Of a stretch of 64,000 nucleotides of DNA, positions 17,023 through 27,656 are shown piece after piece. This DNA comes from a virus. The notes beneath the pieces were generated by a model. It did no database searches. It saw only the letters and a list, made by a program, of their open reading frames with translations, and had not been told where the DNA came from. The stretch covers positions 1 to 64,000 of IMG/VR virus record IMGVR_UViG_3300021962_000068. One strand, given 5' to 3'. Every line of letters starts with the position of its first letter. Within the stretch, counting starts at the first letter, position 1. The position numbers and the translations under genes are program-made.

Positions 17023-17539
17023 TATCAACTTCCCGGTATACTTATTAGGTAAAGAAGAGCCTATGCAGCACGAAGGCATTGCTTTCTATAGTTTTGTAGA
17101 GGACATTGACGATGCTGCGCCAATACTACATTACAAGATATTGGACGATAAAAATTTACCGGGAAGTTCACTTGCTTTGCGAAGGCTAGAAATCCTAAAA
17201 AATAAAGGTCAGCTGTATAAGTTAAAAACTGCCATATTTTTTATTGGTGATTTACTAAAATTTACTCGTGGCGGTACTTGGTTTATTGATAGCAGTGGTA
17301 AGATTTTTGAGTATAAAAAATCTAAGAAAGTGCCACTTATATATAAAAAAATATCTAAACTAATACCAATGCCTGCAGGTGGCGTAATAGTAGAAGTTGA
17401 AGGTCTACCTTATAGATTTAAATCACTACTACGACCAGTTGTAGAACAAAAATGGGCTGGATTACTAAAAGTAAATCATGGCTATCTGCTATATGGTTTG
17501 TATACTAAACCACTAAAAAATACATACAGAATGATATGA
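17009..17539 (+). CDS. conserved T5-like hypothetical protein
   Basis: FPVY...LDDKNLPG...RRL; syntenic between pol and D10. Confidence 0.75.
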   Translation: MRLSDINFPVYLLGKEEPMQHEGIAFYSFVEDIDDAAPILHYKILDDKNLPGSSLALRRLEILKNKGQLYKLKTAIFFIGDLLKFTRGGTWFIDSSGKIFEYKKSKKVPLIYKKISKLIPMPAGGVIVEVEGLPYRFKSLLRPVVEQKWAGLLKVNHGYLLYGLYTKPLKNTYRMI

Positions 17540-18834
17540 CTAAAGCAATACTAAGCAACAGAATATACTTTAAACCTAAAGATGCCAATCATTACAAAGA
17601 ACTAATTAAAACCTTAACGTATAAAATCGAAGGTAAACCACGACCCGGTAGCAAGATCAAACCAGTAACTATTATCCGAAACTATAAAAGTTTACCTAAT
17701 GGTATAATCTCTGTGCCGCAAGGTAGACTTGATCTTGTTCCTGAAGATTATTTAGTTGAGGATAAGCGTTGTTTTAATGAAGTGCCTTTTCCTGAGCCGC
17801 GCTTTCAGCTACGCGATTCACAGCAACCAGTTTACGACGAAGTTACAGATACGTGCTTTATTAATGCGCTAGTAGGTTGGGGTAAAACATTTACCGCACT
17901 TTGGTTAGCTAAGAAATTTGGTCAAAAGACGCTAGTAGTTACTCATACGGTGGCACTACGAGATCAGTGGTCAAAAGAAGTAGAAAGTCTTTATGGCATT
18001 AAGCCAGGAATAATTGGTGCTGGTGTGTTCGACGTAGCCGATCATTGTATAGTTGTCGGTAATGTACAAACAGTAACAAAGCTAATTCCTAGAATACACA
18101 AAGAATTTGGCACAGTTATCTTAGACGAAGCACACCACGTACCTGCAGATACTTTTTCGCAAATTATTGATGGTATGTATGCACGTTATAGAATTGCGCT
18201 TAGTGGCACAATGAAGCGTACTGATGGCAAACACGTTATATTCAAAGATTATTTTGGAGACCGTGTTTATAAACCACCACAGTCCCATACTATGAATCCA
18301 CTAGTAAAACTAGTGCCAAGCGGCGTATTTTTAACACACGGAGCTATTTGGGCTAAAAAGATTAATGATTTGCTTTATAATCAAGACTATCAGGAATTTA
18401 TTAGTGAAATAGCTAAACGACATATTTTATTAGGTTATAGTGTTTTAATAGTTGCAAGTAGAGTTGAATTTCTAGAAAGTATTAAGGAGAATATAGGTGA
18501 GACGTGTGTGCTTGTTACTGGCAAAGTCGTTGGAGATGACAGAGACAAAAATCTACAGCAAATCGATTCGGGAGAAAAAATGTGCGTTGCTGCAACCACT
18601 CGAATCTTTTCAGAAGGAATCTCAATCAATAGACTTAGCTGCGTTATACTTGCAGAACCAACATCAAACCCAATTACACTTGAGCAAGTAATCGGAAGAA
18701 TTATGCGACTACATCCTGATAAAAAGGATCCAGTAGTAATTGACATTCAGTTTAGCGGTGTGGCGGATAGACGGCAAAACAATGCTCGCTTAGCTTTCTA
18801 TGCCTCAAAAGATTGGCAGGTGGTTAAAGTTTAA
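17536..18834 (+). CDS. SF2 helicase (T5 D10-like)
   Basis: GWGKT, DEAHH, LSGT, EGIS, QVIGRIMR. Confidence 0.92.
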   Translation: MTKAILSNRIYFKPKDANHYKELIKTLTYKIEGKPRPGSKIKPVTIIRNYKSLPNGIISVPQGRLDLVPEDYLVEDKRCFNEVPFPEPRFQLRDSQQPVYDEVTDTCFINALVGWGKTFTALWLAKKFGQKTLVVTHTVALRDQWSKEVESLYGIKPGIIGAGVFDVADHCIVVGNVQTVTKLIPRIHKEFGTVILDEAHHVPADTFSQIIDGMYARYRIALSGTMKRTDGKHVIFKDYFGDRVYKPPQSHTMNPLVKLVPSGVFLTHGAIWAKKINDLLYNQDYQEFISEIAKRHILLGYSVLIVASRVEFLESIKENIGETCVLVTGKVVGDDRDKNLQQIDSGEKMCVAATTRIFSEGISINRLSCVILAEPTSNPITLEQVIGRIMRLHPDKKDPVVIDIQFSGVADRRQNNARLAFYASKDWQVVKV

Positions 18835-18873
18835 AAATTTACACTTGCACGTGCATATCCAATATGCTATAAT
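18833..18873 (+). promoter_or_regulatory. sigma70-type promoter (TTGCAC-N17-TATAAT)
   Basis: -35 18845-18850, -10 18868-18873. Confidence 0.8.
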
Positions 18874-18891
18874 ATTATTTCTGCATTGATT

Positions 18892-19296
18892 ATGACATTA
18901 TTTTTTGACATTCAAAAATTAGAGAAACAAGCAAAAGGTAGTGATCTAAAGTTCTTAGAAATACTTGAGAACCATTATCAAATAAGCAGTTTAAAAAAAG
19001 CAAGTTTTAAAAAATTTAAATCAATTAATGGAACTAGTTATTTACTAAATCCACAAGCTCTATTTACCTTATCTAGATCAATTGATATATCTTATGTAGT
19101 TCAGTATGTGCGCTTAGCAGCCAAAAGATTATATAACGACTACGCTATGTTTAATGATATAGGTCTAAATATCACATTTTATCCAGATATAGATTTAAAT
19201 TTGCTAAAATATAACCCACTATTAAAAATTACAAACAAATATATTTATTTTAAATTCGAGGAAATTTACTATGGCACTAAGCTTCGCAAAGACTAA
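18892..19296 (+). CDS. conserved T5-like hypothetical protein
   Basis: LFFD...GTSYLLNP...YNPLL; syntenic before D11. Confidence 0.7.
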   Translation: MTLFFDIQKLEKQAKGSDLKFLEILENHYQISSLKKASFKKFKSINGTSYLLNPQALFTLSRSIDISYVVQYVRLAAKRLYNDYAMFNDIGLNITFYPDIDLNLLKYNPLLKITNKYIYFKFEEIYYGTKLRKD

Positions 19297-19903
19297 AGGT
19301 AAAGCAATTAAATCATCTTATGAAAGCTATGAGTACAAAGATGGAGAAAATACAGTACGTTTAGTTGGTGGCATTCTACCACGATACGTTTACTGGCTAA
19401 AAGGCACTAATAACAAAGATATTCCAGTTGAGTGCCTAGCTTTTAATCGCGATAAAGAAAAATTTGATAATCTAGAAAAAGATCACGTACCTGAGTACTT
19501 TCCAGACAAAAAATGTTCTTGGGCATACTCAATTAACTGTATCGATCCCAAAGACGGTAAAGTAAAGATCCTAAATCTCAAAAAGAAACTATTTGAGCAG
19601 ATTCTAACAGCTGCTGAAGATTTAGGTGATCCAACCGATCCAGACGAGGGATGGGATATTGTGTTTCGTAGGCAAAAAACTGGCCCACTAACATTCAATG
19701 TAGAGTATTCTCTAGCTGTTCTCAAGTGCAAAAAACGTGCACTTAGTGATGACGAGCGTGAAGCAGTTGAAGCTGCTGAAACCATTGATACTAAAGTTCC
19801 ACGGGCATCTGCTGATGAAATTAAAGCTGCGCTAGATAAAATCACTAGTGGCGCTTCAGAAGAATCAGAAGAAGATATTCCAGAAGAAGCCAAAGATCTA
19901 TAA
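19271..19903 (+). CDS. ssDNA-binding protein (T5 D11-like)
   Basis: RLVGGILPRYVYW, LKKKLFEQI, DPTDPDEGWD, acidic C-terminal tail. Confidence 0.88.
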   Translation: MALSFAKTKGKAIKSSYESYEYKDGENTVRLVGGILPRYVYWLKGTNNKDIPVECLAFNRDKEKFDNLEKDHVPEYFPDKKCSWAYSINCIDPKDGKVKILNLKKKLFEQILTAAEDLGDPTDPDEGWDIVFRRQKTGPLTFNVEYSLAVLKCKKRALSDDEREAVEAAETIDTKVPRASADEIKAALDKITSGASEESEEDIPEEAKDL

Positions 19904-19908
19904 TATTT

Positions 19909-19942
19909 AGCCCCTTGCCTTAATAAGGTCAGGGGCTTTTTC
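19909..19942 (+). terminator. intrinsic terminator
   Basis: AGCCCCT...AGGGGCT stem followed by TTTT. Confidence 0.75.
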
Positions 19943-19946
19943 CACT

Positions 19947-20900
19947 ATGAAGATTTTATTTACAGCTGACATTCATATTAAGCTCGGGCAAAAAAGTGTA
20001 CCAGTTGCTTGGGCTAAGAATAGATATGCACTGCTATTCAAAAATCTGCAAGACATTCAAGAAAATTGTGATATATTTATTGTTGGTGGAGACACATTTG
20101 ATAGAATCCCAACAATCGAAGAATTAGAATTATTTTTTGAGTTTGTAGCTGGTTGTAAAATTCCTACTTATATTTATAGTGGGAATCACGAGGCTTTAAA
20201 GAAAAATACTACTTTTTTAACTAATTTAAAATCTACAGTAAACTTACTAAATAAAAAAGTATCAATAGTTGACACACTAACTACTATTGAAGGAATAGAT
20301 TTTATACCTTATAATAAATTAAAAGAGTGGGTTCAGGATAGCATATTGCTAGAAGCAAATAGTAAAATATTATGCACTCATGTACGTGGAGAAATTTTAC
20401 CTCATGTTAAACCTGAAATTGACTTAGAGCTGTTAAAAGATTGGGATATAGTATTAGCAGGTGATTTACATAGCTATGAGAACTCTCAGTTAAATATTTT
20501 ATATCCAGGTAGTCCAGTAACTACTAGCTTTCATAGAAATAAAGTTGAAACTGGAGTAATTGTACTAGACAGTGAAACACTAAAACATGAATGGATTAAA
20601 CTAGAACTACCACAGCTTATTCGTAAAACAATTCAAGTCGGCGATACACCGCAAGCAACAGACTATGACCTAACAGTATACGAAGTTGAAGGTGATATTA
20701 GCGAACTAGGGGCTTTAGTAGATTCAGAATTAATTGATAAGAAAATCTTGAAAAAAGAGAGTGATACTGCGCTTATACTTTCTCAAGAAATGTCACTAGC
20801 AGAAGAAGTATCAGAATATGCAAAATACATACTTCAACTAAATGAAGATGTAATTGAACAAATACTAGACGAATTAAACAATAATATAAGTAGGATATAG
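19947..20900 (+). CDS. SbcD/Mre11-like nuclease (T5 D12-like)
   Basis: TADIH, GGDTFD, SGNHE, GDLH, YPGSP. Confidence 0.92.
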   Translation: MKILFTADIHIKLGQKSVPVAWAKNRYALLFKNLQDIQENCDIFIVGGDTFDRIPTIEELELFFEFVAGCKIPTYIYSGNHEALKKNTTFLTNLKSTVNLLNKKVSIVDTLTTIEGIDFIPYNKLKEWVQDSILLEANSKILCTHVRGEILPHVKPEIDLELLKDWDIVLAGDLHSYENSQLNILYPGSPVTTSFHRNKVETGVIVLDSETLKHEWIKLELPQLIRKTIQVGDTPQATDYDLTVYEVEGDISELGALVDSELIDKKILKKESDTALILSQEMSLAEEVSEYAKYILQLNEDVIEQILDELNNNISRI

Positions 20901-20902
20901 TT

Positions 20903-21136
20903 ATGACAGATAAAGAAATTATTGTATGGTCAAAGAATAATTGTCCTGCTTGTACAACAGTAAAAAATTGGTTATCTAGCAAGGGATTTGTATTCGAAGA
21001 GCGAAACATAGACGGTCCCGTTTGGTCTAAACTAGACTTATTTAAAGATATACCAACAGCTAGAAGCGTACCCCAAACTGTAGTAAATGGAACAGTATTT
21101 ATGGGTTTAGACGAATTGAGGAAGCATCTTGATTGA
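20903..21136 (+). CDS. glutaredoxin
   Basis: CPAC active site and RSVPQ motif. Confidence 0.88.
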   Translation: MTDKEIIVWSKNNCPACTTVKNWLSSKGFVFEERNIDGPVWSKLDLFKDIPTARSVPQTVVNGTVFMGLDELRKHLD

Positions 21137-22922
21137 GCTAAAAACATTGGAATGGGGCAATTTATTCTCTTATGGTGATAATAATAAAATAGAGCTTAAT
21201 AAAAGTCCACTAACTCAAATAGTTGGTGGTAACGGTAACGGAAAAAGTTCTATTGCCCTAATTTTAGAAGAAGTTTTATATAATAAAAACTCAAAAGGAA
21301 TTAAAAAGTCTGATATTCTTAACAGAAACTCTAAAGCTAAATCTTATTGGATTAAACTAGAGTTTGAAAAAGAAGGTAATACTTATTTAATTCATACTAC
21401 TCGTGGTAGTTCCCAAACTGTAAAACTTTTAAAAAATGGTACAGATATTAGTAGCCATACTGCTACTAGCACTTACTCTATAATTCAAGATTTATTAGGA
21501 TGCGATCACAAGACTTTTACACAAATTGTTTATCAGTCCAGTAGTGCTAGTTTAGAATTTCTTACCGCTACTGATAGTAACCGTAAAAAGTTTTTGATTG
21601 AATTATTAAACTTAAGTAGATATGTAGAGGCTGGTGAAACTTTTAAAAGTTTAGTAAAAGAACTAAATGAAAAAGTAACTGCAACTAATAGTAAAATATC
21701 AACGATTAATAGTTGGATTGATAAGTACAGTAAAACAGACTTATCCTATAAAACTATAGAAGAAGTACCAGAACTACCCAAAGATCTAGTAGAAGTTTTG
21801 CAAGATCTTAAAAATAAACTAAAAGACATTGATGAGATAAATAAAAAGCGTTCTCAAAATAAAGTTTATAAAGACGCTCGCGACAGTATAGAACTAACAA
21901 TGGATCTTGAAGAGCCTACAGAGGATCTATCAGAGCTTCAAGCACAAGAAGGCGCACTTAATAAATCTATAGAGGATGCTACAGCATTTATTAAAAAGCT
22001 AAATAAACTAGGATCACACTGTCCAACTTGTGAACAAGAAGTAAATACAGGTACAGTGGCTTCTTTTATTTCAGAAAATAACAATGTAATTGAAGTTAGT
22101 ACAAAAGAACTACAAGTAGTAAAAGCAACGATTAGTAATATTAAAACGCAGCAACGTAAGTGGGACGCTGAACAAAAGAAAGTTAGAGAGTATGAAAAAT
22201 ATCACTCGCTATACGATCCCACTATACCAGAAGAATTATTAGATATTGATGAACTAAATAGCGAAATCAATACAAAAAATAATGAGCTCGCCAGCATAGA
22301 AGATATTATTAAGACAAAAACGGATAAAAATAATAAGGCATTTGCACATAATGCAAAAATCGATCTTATTAAAACACAGTTAGACGATCAAAAGTCTGAA
22401 TTAGCAGCACTGACCCTAGAACTCGAAAGTTATAACAAAAGATTAAATATTTTACAAATTTTAGTAAAAACATTTAGTTCAACAGGACTAATTGCTTATA
22501 AAATTGAATGTTTAATTAAAGACTTAGAGGATACTACAAATAACTACTTAACAGAATTAAGTAGTGGTAGGTTTCAAATCACTTTTAGAGTAGAAAGTGA
22601 CAAACTTAATGTTATTATTACTGATAATGGTAAAGAGATAGAAATATCAGCATTAAGTAGTGGAGAACGCGCAAGGGTTAATGCAGCCGCTCTATTGGGT
22701 ATTAGAAAGCTAATGCAAAGTATTTCTAATAATAGAATTAATTTATTGATTCTTGATGAAACTATCGAAAACTTAGATATAGAAGGCAAAGAAAAATTAG
22801 TAGAAGTACTCCTACAAGAAGATTTCTTAAATACTTTCTTAATAAGTCACAGTTTCTCACACCCGTTACTAGAGCGTGTTTATGTTTCCAAATCAAATAA
22901 CGAGTCAAAAATAGAGAGCTAA
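21129..22922 (+). CDS. SbcC/Rad50-like ATPase (T5 D13-like)
   Basis: GGNGNGKSS, CPTC zinc hook, LSSGE, LILDE, ISH. Confidence 0.92.
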   Translation: MIELKTLEWGNLFSYGDNNKIELNKSPLTQIVGGNGNGKSSIALILEEVLYNKNSKGIKKSDILNRNSKAKSYWIKLEFEKEGNTYLIHTTRGSSQTVKLLKNGTDISSHTATSTYSIIQDLLGCDHKTFTQIVYQSSSASLEFLTATDSNRKKFLIELLNLSRYVEAGETFKSLVKELNEKVTATNSKISTINSWIDKYSKTDLSYKTIEEVPELPKDLVEVLQDLKNKLKDIDEINKKRSQNKVYKDARDSIELTMDLEEPTEDLSELQAQEGALNKSIEDATAFIKKLNKLGSHCPTCEQEVNTGTVASFISENNNVIEVSTKELQVVKATISNIKTQQRKWDAEQKKVREYEKYHSLYDPTIPEELLDIDELNSEINTKNNELASIEDIIKTKTDKNNKAFAHNAKIDLIKTQLDDQKSELAALTLELESYNKRLNILQILVKTFSSTGLIAYKIECLIKDLEDTTNNYLTELSSGRFQITFRVESDKLNVIITDNGKEIEISALSSGERARVNAAALLGIRKLMQSISNNRINLLILDETIENLDIEGKEKLVEVLLQEDFLNTFLISHSFSHPLLERVYVSKSNNESKIES

Positions 22923-22923
22923 T

Positions 22924-23376
22924 ATGGTCGATAGCCGTGAAAAAGGTAGTAGAGCTGAAACGGCTGTTCGTAAACTTCTTAAACAAAAAACAGGTTTAAA
23001 TTGGGAGCGGACACCGGGAAGTGGTGCTTTAAATGAAAAGCATAAACTAAAAGGTGATATTTATATCCCTGATGCTAAAAATGTTTATTGTGTGGAAGTA
23101 AAACATTACAAAGACGATCATTTTAATAGTTCTTTGTTTACAGGAAAAACTCCACAACTTATTATTTGGTGGGAACAAGCAGTTAGACAAGGACTACAAA
23201 CAGATCGTAAACCTCTATTAATATTTAAATTTGATAGAAGTAAGCTGTTTGTAGCCTTTCAAGATATGCCTACTAGTAGCTATAGATACGCATTTCTCAA
23301 TATTGAGAATCATGAGTTCTATATTGCACTACTAGAGGATTTTTTAGAGTTTGAAAATCCAAAATTTGTAACTTGA
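22924..23376 (+). CDS. T5 D14-like PD-(D/E)XK nuclease/resolvase
   Basis: MVDSREKG, WERTPGSGA, KGD, CVEVKHY. Confidence 0.85.
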   Translation: MVDSREKGSRAETAVRKLLKQKTGLNWERTPGSGALNEKHKLKGDIYIPDAKNVYCVEVKHYKDDHFNSSLFTGKTPQLIIWWEQAVRQGLQTDRKPLLIFKFDRSKLFVAFQDMPTSSYRYAFLNIENHEFYIALLEDFLEFENPKFVT

Positions 23377-23401
23377 AATTTTTTGGATTATGTAGTATAA
23401 T
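23361..23401 (+). promoter_or_regulatory. sigma70-type promoter (TTGAAA-N17-TATAAT)
   Basis: -35 23373-23378, -10 23396-23401. Confidence 0.7.
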
Positions 23402-23425
23402 ATATGATTCAAAAAGTAAATAAAA

Positions 23426-24280
23426 ATGACTAAAAAATTCAACGAATTAACAGAAGCTAACAATACTTTGATGATTGTTGACGGGCTCAACCTTGCATTT
23501 AGATGGAAACATAGTGGTGCAACAGAGTTTGTTGATGACTATATCAAGACTGTTGAAAGTCTAAAAAAGAGTTATAAAGCTCGCTGGGTAGTAGTTGCCT
23601 GTGATAAAGGTAGCAGCGAGTATAGAAAGTCACTATATCCAGACTATAAACAAAATAGAAAAGATAAATTCGAGTTACAAACCGAAGAAGATAAAGTTAA
23701 GTTTGAATTATTCTTTGAAGAATTTCAAAATACACTAGATAAGATTGAACAAGACTCTAAATATATTCTATTCAGATTTAATAAAGTAGAGGCGGACGAT
23801 ATTGCTGCTTTTATTGTAAAAAATAAAAAGACTTTTCCAGCTGTAGATGACATTGTACTAATATCTAGTGATAAAGACTGGGATCTTTTAATTAGTGATA
23901 ATGTTATGCGTTTTAGTTATGTTACCAGAAAAGAAGTTTCGGTAGATAACTGGAGCACACACTACGACTGCGAACCTGAAGACTATATTAGTATTAAGTG
24001 TTTACAAGGTGATAGTGGCGATAATATTCCAGGCGTTCCCGGTATTGGTCCTAAAAAAGCATCTGCACTTGTAAAAGAGTATGGATCTACTTATGATATT
24101 ATTGCTAATATACCAATTCAAAGTAAATATAAATATATTCAATCACTAAATGAGTTTGGAGCAGATAATCTGCTTCGTAACTATAGGCTAATGGATCTTT
24201 TAGAGTTTTGCGACGAAGCTCTGGGACCCGATAACTGTAATGCAATACAACAACAGCTCGAGGAAAAATTAAATGTATAA
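23426..24280 (+). CDS. 5'-3' flap endonuclease (T5 D15-like)
   Basis: IVDGLNLAFR, YKQNR, EADD, SSDKD, GDSGDNIPGVPGIGPK. Confidence 0.95.
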   Translation: MTKKFNELTEANNTLMIVDGLNLAFRWKHSGATEFVDDYIKTVESLKKSYKARWVVVACDKGSSEYRKSLYPDYKQNRKDKFELQTEEDKVKFELFFEEFQNTLDKIEQDSKYILFRFNKVEADDIAAFIVKNKKTFPAVDDIVLISSDKDWDLLISDNVMRFSYVTRKEVSVDNWSTHYDCEPEDYISIKCLQGDSGDNIPGVPGIGPKKASALVKEYGSTYDIIANIPIQSKYKYIQSLNEFGADNLLRNYRLMDLLEFCDEALGPDNCNAIQQQLEEKLNV

Positions 24281-24761
24281 TCAAGCAGTAGAAGTGCCAA
24301 CGAACTATAGTCCGGTGCTTTTATATACCAGTGAATCTCCAGAATTGGCTCCAGTTAGAGCACATCCTTCAGACGCAGGGCTAGATCTAAGAGCTAAACT
24401 AGAGTATTTCATCAATCCACATCAGAGAGTTATGGTAGGCACAGGAATTAGTGTAATGATTCCTTTTGGTTATGTTGGCCTACTATTCGCAAGAAGCTCT
24501 CTTAGTAAAAAAGGACTGATACTTGCTAATTCGGTAGGTGTAATTGATAGTGATTATAGAGGCGAAATAATGGCTCCTCTTATTTTCACTCCAGTATCAG
24601 ACGAACAGAATTACGCTCACATTGAAAAGTATGAGCGTATTGTACAACTAGTAATTACACCAATTCAGCTAGCTATACCTGTTGCTCATAGAGGAACAAA
24701 AGAACAGTGGTTTAATACTGCGAGAGGAAGCGAGGGCTTTGGTAGCACAGGAAAAATTTAA
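24273..24761 (+). CDS. dut: dUTPase (trimeric)
   Basis: AGLDL, RSS, GVIDSDYRGE, RIVQ, RGSEGFGSTG. Confidence 0.95.
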   Translation: MYNQAVEVPTNYSPVLLYTSESPELAPVRAHPSDAGLDLRAKLEYFINPHQRVMVGTGISVMIPFGYVGLLFARSSLSKKGLILANSVGVIDSDYRGEIMAPLIFTPVSDEQNYAHIEKYERIVQLVITPIQLAIPVAHRGTKEQWFNTARGSEGFGSTGKI

Positions 24762-24763
24762 TT

Positions 24764-26665
24764 ATGCAAGATACTATTTACGAAACTTTTATAGCAAAAT
24801 CACGATATGCTCGCTATCTAGAAACTGAGCACAGACGAGAAAATTGGCATGAAACAGTAGCACGCTACTTTGATTTTATGCAGCAGCATTTAAAAAATAA
24901 ACACGACTATACCCCTGATCCAGCACTAGTAGCAAAGCTACAAGCAGCTGTAGAGGCTAAAGAAGTTTTACCCAGCATGCGGTCAATTATGACAGCGGGT
25001 GAAGCACTAGATCGTGATAATACTGCGGGTTATAACTGTAGTTATATTCCAGTAGACGATCCTAAATCGTTTGATGAAGCAATGTATATTCTTATGTGTG
25101 GTACTGGCGTTGGTTTCTCAGTAGAACGTCAATATATTTGTAAACTACCTGAAGTACCTAATAAGATTTATGAGAGTAACACAACTATCCATGTTCACGA
25201 TTCAAAGGAAGGTTGGTCCAAAGCGTTGCGCCAATTGATAGCACTGCTATATGCTGGCGAAGCACCGCAGTGGGATATTTCAAAAGTACGTCCAAGCGGT
25301 GCACGTTTAAAAATCTTTGGCGGACGTGCGTCGGGACCCGAACCACTAGTAGACTTATTTAAGTTTGTGGTAAAAATCTTTAAAACTGCACAAGGTCGCA
25401 GGCTAACTAGCTTAGAGTGTCACGATATTATGTGTAAGATTGGAGAAGTTGTTGTTGTAGGTGGTGTACGTAGATCGGCTATGATTTCACTATCAAATCT
25501 TAGTGATGATCGTATGAGACACGCTAAAGCAGGTGCATGGTGGGAGCAAAATGGGCAGAGAGCTCTTGCCAATAATAGTGCTTGTTATACTGAACGTCCC
25601 GAAGTAGGCGTATTTATGCAAGAATGGCTTGCACTATACGAATCTAAGAGTGGAGAGCGTGGTATTTTTAATCGCGAAGCAGCCCAGAAAGTAGCAGCGA
25701 AAAATGGACGTCGTAATACAGATTGGGATTTTGGTACAAATCCTTGTTCGGAAATTATTTTACGTCCTTATCAATTTTGTAATCTCACTAGCGTGGCGGT
25801 TAGGGCTGGAGACACTGTTGATATGGTCAGAGAAAAATCGAAAATGGCTGCGATTTTGGGAACGTGGCAAGCAACGCTAACCAACTTTCCTTACTTACGC
25901 GATGTATGGCAGCACAATACAGAAGAAGAACGTTTACTTGGCGTATCAATGACAGGAGCACTAGATAATGCACTATTTAATAACCCTGATGATCCTGAGC
26001 TGCCCCAGCGTCTCGAATCAATCAGAGATGCCGCAGTCACCCAAAATAAAATCACCGCCGCTGAAATTGGCATTTCACAAAGTGTTGCCGTTACAGCAAT
26101 CAAGCCTGAAGGTACAGTATCTCAGTTAACAGATACTGCAAGTGGACTACATACTAGACATAGCCCGTACTATATTCGCAGAGTTCGTGGTGATGTAAAA
26201 GATCCACTAACACAGTTTATGATTCGTGCTGGCGTACCCAGCGAGCCTTGCGTAATGAAGCCAGATACTACAGTAGTATTTAGTTTTGCTAAACGTGCTC
26301 CTACTGGTGCGCTGGTGCGTGATGGTTTAACCGCGATTCAACATCTTAAACTATGGCTAATGTTTCAACGTCACTACTGTGAGCACAAACCTAGTGTTAC
26401 TATTAGTGTTAGCGAACGTGAATGGCCTGCAGTAGGTGCTTTTGTTTGGGAGCACTTTGATGAAATGAGCGGTGTTAGTTTTCTGCCTTATGATGGTGGA
26501 AGTTATCGCCAAGCACCTTATGAAGAGTGTACTGAAGAACAATACCAAGAACTATTAGCTAAAATTCCAGACGACTTAGACTGGGATACTATTATTGAAG
26601 ATACAGATAATGTAGAAGGAGTGCAAAACTTAGCGTGTACCGCTGACGGATGCGAAATTATTTAA
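24764..26665 (+). CDS. nrdJ: class II (adenosylcobalamin-dependent) ribonucleotide reductase
   Basis: PSMR, YNC, GTGVGFS, GGVRRSA, TNPCSEI, KPEGTVSQL, C-terminal CTADGC. Confidence 0.93.
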   Translation: MQDTIYETFIAKSRYARYLETEHRRENWHETVARYFDFMQQHLKNKHDYTPDPALVAKLQAAVEAKEVLPSMRSIMTAGEALDRDNTAGYNCSYIPVDDPKSFDEAMYILMCGTGVGFSVERQYICKLPEVPNKIYESNTTIHVHDSKEGWSKALRQLIALLYAGEAPQWDISKVRPSGARLKIFGGRASGPEPLVDLFKFVVKIFKTAQGRRLTSLECHDIMCKIGEVVVVGGVRRSAMISLSNLSDDRMRHAKAGAWWEQNGQRALANNSACYTERPEVGVFMQEWLALYESKSGERGIFNREAAQKVAAKNGRRNTDWDFGTNPCSEIILRPYQFCNLTSVAVRAGDTVDMVREKSKMAAILGTWQATLTNFPYLRDVWQHNTEEERLLGVSMTGALDNALFNNPDDPELPQRLESIRDAAVTQNKITAAEIGISQSVAVTAIKPEGTVSQLTDTASGLHTRHSPYYIRRVRGDVKDPLTQFMIRAGVPSEPCVMKPDTTVVFSFAKRAPTGALVRDGLTAIQHLKLWLMFQRHYCEHKPSVTISVSEREWPAVGAFVWEHFDEMSGVSFLPYDGGSYRQAPYEECTEEQYQELLAKIPDDLDWDTIIEDTDNVEGVQNLACTADGCEII

Positions 26666-26815
26666 ATGAATAAAATAACAGTTGAAATTACAATAGACCA
26701 ATTAAATTTAATTATAGCAGGATTAGAAAGCAATACAAAATCTCTAATTACTAATCTTGTACAACAAGCTCAACCACAAATAGCTCAGCAACAAGCAGAA
26801 GCTACGAGTGAATAA
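26666..26815 (+). CDS. hypothetical 49-aa protein
   Basis: Read by hand; starts immediately after nrdJ stop. Confidence 0.55.
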   Translation: MNKITVEITIDQLNLIIAGLESNTKSLITNLVQQAQPQIAQQQAEATSE

Positions 26816-26850
26816 AAAAAGCCCAGTAGAACATCTACTGGGCTTTTTTT
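26814..26850. terminator. bidirectional intrinsic terminator between convergent genome arms
   Basis: A7-GCCCAGTAG-AACAT-CTACTGGGC-T tract. Confidence 0.92.
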
Positions 26851-27646
26851 ACGTCCAAAAGTTATAATTTTTATTTTTTGTAGGAATACCGGTACTTTGA
26901 TAATGCACATCGCAAAATAGCATAAATAAACGAGGAGCACTAGTATTATTAGTGTGTAATTTAGTTCTTACTACTATTAAACCATCTGTTTCAATTTGAT
27001 TGGTGTCTAAGTGAGTAGCATCACCGCCGGCTACAGTTAGCTTTGTTTCACTAATATGATGGGTTAATGGTGTGGTATTAGCTACTTCACTGACTTGTAG
27101 TAGTTTTGCTTCACTATTAAATGCTTGTTGCTGGTAACCTTTAGCATATGTACTAGCAAATTCCCAAGTGACTAGACTATTAGGCTGAACACCAAGACTA
27201 GTATGCAACCAATGAACATGAATGTATAAGTCGGTGCCTGGTGCGTAGTCGTGCGGAATATGAAATTGATGATAGCTTTTATCTCCTACTTTAAACTGAT
27301 AAGCGTGAATATCAGTTACAAATTCAGTAAATGTAGGCGATTCATTTGCAGGTCCAGTATAAGGAATAGTAGGACTAAGTAGGTCGTGCCATCCAAACTG
27401 TGGATTGTCAATATTTAACTTAATACCATCAAACTTTTGGTTAGAAACTACTGGTTGATAGTAGTTAAATTCGCTAGGATCTTGTCGTGGCTCTTGATTC
27501 TTGTACTTATCAAGTAGTGTGCCATCAACACGATCTAAAAAATCATCAGCAAATCCAAGTGTTACTGATCCGTAAGGTGGAATAACATATAAGCCAACAG
27601 TCAGTGTAGTATTAGTACGATTGACATATTTATAAACATCTGTCAT
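26849..27646 (-). CDS. hypothetical protein, possibly virion-associated beta-sandwich
   Basis: ORF with AAGGA RBS; FHIPHDY...YIHVHW motif. Confidence 0.65.
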   Translation of the reverse strand: MTDVYKYVNRTNTTLTVGLYVIPPYGSVTLGFADDFLDRVDGTLLDKYKNQEPRQDPSEFNYYQPVVSNQKFDGIKLNIDNPQFGWHDLLSPTIPYTGPANESPTFTEFVTDIHAYQFKVGDKSYHQFHIPHDYAPGTDLYIHVHWLHTSLGVQPNSLVTWEFASTYAKGYQQQAFNSEAKLLQVSEVANTTPLTHHISETKLTVAGGDATHLDTNQIETDGLIVVRTKLHTNNTSAPRLFMLFCDVHYQSTGIPTKNKNYNFWT

Positions 27647-27656
27647 TTTTACTTCC

